A DNA stretch of 64,000 nucleotides from Harriotta raleighana. Its lineage: Eukaryota. Within the stretch, counting starts at the first letter, position 1. Each line of letters starts with the position of its first letter. Below, piece by piece: positions 61,301-64,000 of the stretch. The notes beneath the pieces were generated by a model. It ran no database searches. It saw only the letters and a list, made by a program, of their open reading frames with translations, and was not told the DNA's origin. A program made the position numbers and the translations under genes. The stretch is from positions 6,747,786 to 6,811,785 of the forward strand of contig JBNZDD010013724.1 in the NCBI GenBank assembly GCA_050575255.1. The letters are read 5' to 3'.

Positions 61301-62579
61301 AATTAGACAGCCACCAACACTAATTGTCTACTGACAGTTTCTGCCTTTTATCCAAAAGGAACCAAAACATAAGTGTGTGAAAACCTTCAGGGGGCTATAA
61401 AATAAAATGTCACTAGAGATAGAAAAAAGGTGGCATTAGGAATGGACCAGACACAATTAAGGATTCATATCTAGGAAAAGTCGCCCTAACAAACTTTCGA
61501 AAAAGCCCAGAAATCTAGATTCACAGGTTTGAAGCATAGATCATTTTTTTTGGTTAGCCAGATTTTGTACATATGCTGATTGACATCACCATGCTTGAGA
61601 ATATCACACGATCACACAGGATTGGTTTGGATGAAGAAGACCCTTCAGTGAATCTGATCTCATCCTTCCAGAACACTTCCTGTCTTGAAATTGTTCTTTA
61701 CAATACTAAACCTGTGGCGCCTTGATGCAGCCTTATGTATTGAACTGGGTTTACTGTTTCCAACTCATTTAGAATGTTTTACAGCTTTTACACCCTCCTA
61801 GTCGTCCAAACAAGACTGAGCGTTTCACATATGTATGCCAGTTTCACATGGAAATGTTCCTGTGTCTGGAATGAAATATGATCTCTCTCTCTCTCTCTCT
61901 GTACCCTGTTTTAACCAATACCAGAGAATATTAGGCACAGATTGGTAATACCCAAGTTTTGGGGGACTGCAGAGATGGAATACTGCTGGAGATTAGTCAA
62001 CTAAACCCACATTTGGAACGCTGTGGCAAGCACCTTGATGCTTGTCCAGCTAGGACCCCTTTACTCATTAGGGTTTTGGCATGCAGTTGTGAGGATGGTG
62101 AAGCAAGGACCGACACAAATTCTCCAATCAATTAATATTTATTAATACAAATTAGTTAAGGAATGGATATCAAAGTTATGGGTTTCATCGGATCAAATTA
62201 ATCTTACGACAGGTTAGTAAAGCTCAATGCATGAATTGTCCAAATAAAGTTGCTTTTATGAGGAATCGCCTTGTTAATCCATGTTGATTGTAGTACATCC
62301 CTCTTTTTCTCGATATTATTTACTGTAGGTAAACAGTAGGTACACCATTTCCAAAACTCAGCTCCGCTCCTTTCCTTTTAGACTCACCAACTTTACAAAG
62401 ACATTTGGCCATCAGCTCCACAAATGTATCTTTTTGTCAATCGTCTCCTCCTGTTACCAATATCCCAATAAATGTGAACATACCTTCACCTAGATCAAGA
62501 TTCCAGCAGCTTGTTTTAAACAAGTAAGAAAAAGTCTGAGAAAGTCAATTTTGTAGCCAATGACAGTGTCTTAACAACT

Positions 62580-62840
62580 GGGGGGGTCATAGTTTTAAGA
62601 TTAGGATTTTCGCACAGAGTTGAGGAAACACTTCTTCACTCAAAATGCCGTAGATGCTCAGTCCTTTAACATAATCAAGATTGAGATGGATAAGATTCTT
62701 ATGAATAGAGGGATTAAGGGATATTGGAATAAGGTGGGCAGGTAGAGTTAAATTAGAAGATCAGTCATGATCTTATTGAATGGCGGGGCAGGCTCGAGAG
62801 GCCGAATGGCCTACTCCTGCTCCTTATTCTTATGTTCCTA
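62580..62840 (+). mobile_element. CR1 3' end (same subfamily as 345-622)
   Basis: gaggaaacacttcttcactcaa...cttattgaatggcggggcaggctcgagaggccgaatggcctactcctgctcct...ttcttatgttc. Confidence 0.88.
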
Positions 62841-64000
62841 TAATGATGCTGAAGCATTTTGTTCCGTAAACATGCTTTCATAGTTCACAGCTAATGTTTT
62901 GCTGAAGAAAACAGATCCGTGAAGTTTAGCGATTATTTTGGAGTCAACTCAAGCAACTCAGAATTCTGATTGCTTACACAGGGTTAATAGGAACTAAGTG
63001 GGAAGAATCCCTGCTCCCAGGCTTCCCAATTAAGTCCTCCCAATGACCAGGATGACTGGTATGTCATCAGCTGTGCTCTGGAGTACTGCAGACATTTACT
63101 CAATTCCACCATTCCTTGTCCAGCATAACACCTCTGATCAGGTTCAGCTCCAAGGTGATCCTGCTTCTCTTGCTTCCAAGGAGAATGGTGTATAGATCAT
63201 TATATTACAAAAGAGTTTCAGATAAAGAAGGTCCATCGACCTCCCCAAAACAATCCTCTATTTGCAATATACTGTAGTATCCATCTTTGTTCCTTAATGA
63301 GTGCAGGGTCTTGGCTTCTAGTATCATTCCAGGTAACTTTTTTGGATTGAATAAGAATTAAATATGATTGTTAGATAACCTATTACCAGTTGATAGCGAT
63401 GCTTTGTGTAAATAAATAATTCTTGGTATTTGTTCTATGGCTTGGTATATCTGAAATTATTGATCTGGATTTTATTTTCTCTATCCAAATATAATCTTAT
63501 GTATCATTATATGGCCCTAAATAAGACGTCTCTTTTCAAAGCTAGAGTTCTAACTTGTCTGTTTTTTTCCTTATACAGTAGTTCATTCCTCTGATAAGGA
63601 TCATTCTCATTGCTCTCTTGGAAGGCTGACAGTTGCTTCATTCACCTCTCTTGGCCCAAATGTGATTCATGCCTTACATCTGGCATCTTTGCATTTCAAG
63701 GACATTGTACGATTATGCTAAATCCATCTGCTTCACCCTCACTGATGCTTTTGTCACCTCAAGCACTTCAATCTTCTTGACACCAGTCTCCTTAGCTTCA
63801 CTCCTGACATGATCTACATCATTCAATTCAAATTTCTAGATCTTAGGTTCTCTTCTATACCAGGTCTTCACAGACCCATTATCCTAAACTCATAAAGCTC
63901 CTTTGAGTTCCAGCACCTCCTAAAATTATATCTCTTTGACTGTGCATTTGGTGAACTTCTCTAGTTCCTTCTTCTCTTTCCTTGGGGCTTTTTAAAAAAT

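Overview
Eukaryotic genomic DNA from a cartilaginous fish. The CR1, L2, DeuSINE-type and LF-SINE-like repeats and the compact introns suggest a holocephalan/elephant-shark-like genome; this is inference. The window holds a complete + strand PPARGC1A (PGC-1alpha) gene: 13 coding exons from ATG 1981 to TAA 54073, all with GT-AG splice sites. The spliced CDS is 2442 nt (813 aa) and carries the LxxLL, LLKYL, DHDY, RS and RRM hallmarks. The introns and flanks contain L2 and CR1 fragments, a young tRNA-Ala-derived SINE, older SINEs, three TA-flanked Tc1/mariner-type MITEs and several nested insertions. The most notable observations are: (i) ~240-bp palindromic Penelope-like mini-elements carrying one minimal, dimer-type hammerhead ribozyme motif per strand, one element with a perfect 14-bp TSD; (ii) no AUG in the presumed 5'UTR, where vertebrates usually have a repressive uORF; (iii) a 122-nt intron 6 that could yield an NT-PGC-1alpha-like truncation or an in-frame Lys-rich insert; (iv) loss of several proline-directed/AMPK phosphosites; (v) a duplicated ~160-bp intronic element with a perfectly conserved 30-nt head; (vi) a liver-type motif cluster in intron 2. 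Short duplications around single N bases look like assembly artefacts. Comparisons with human/mouse sequence are from memory and need alignment to confirm.
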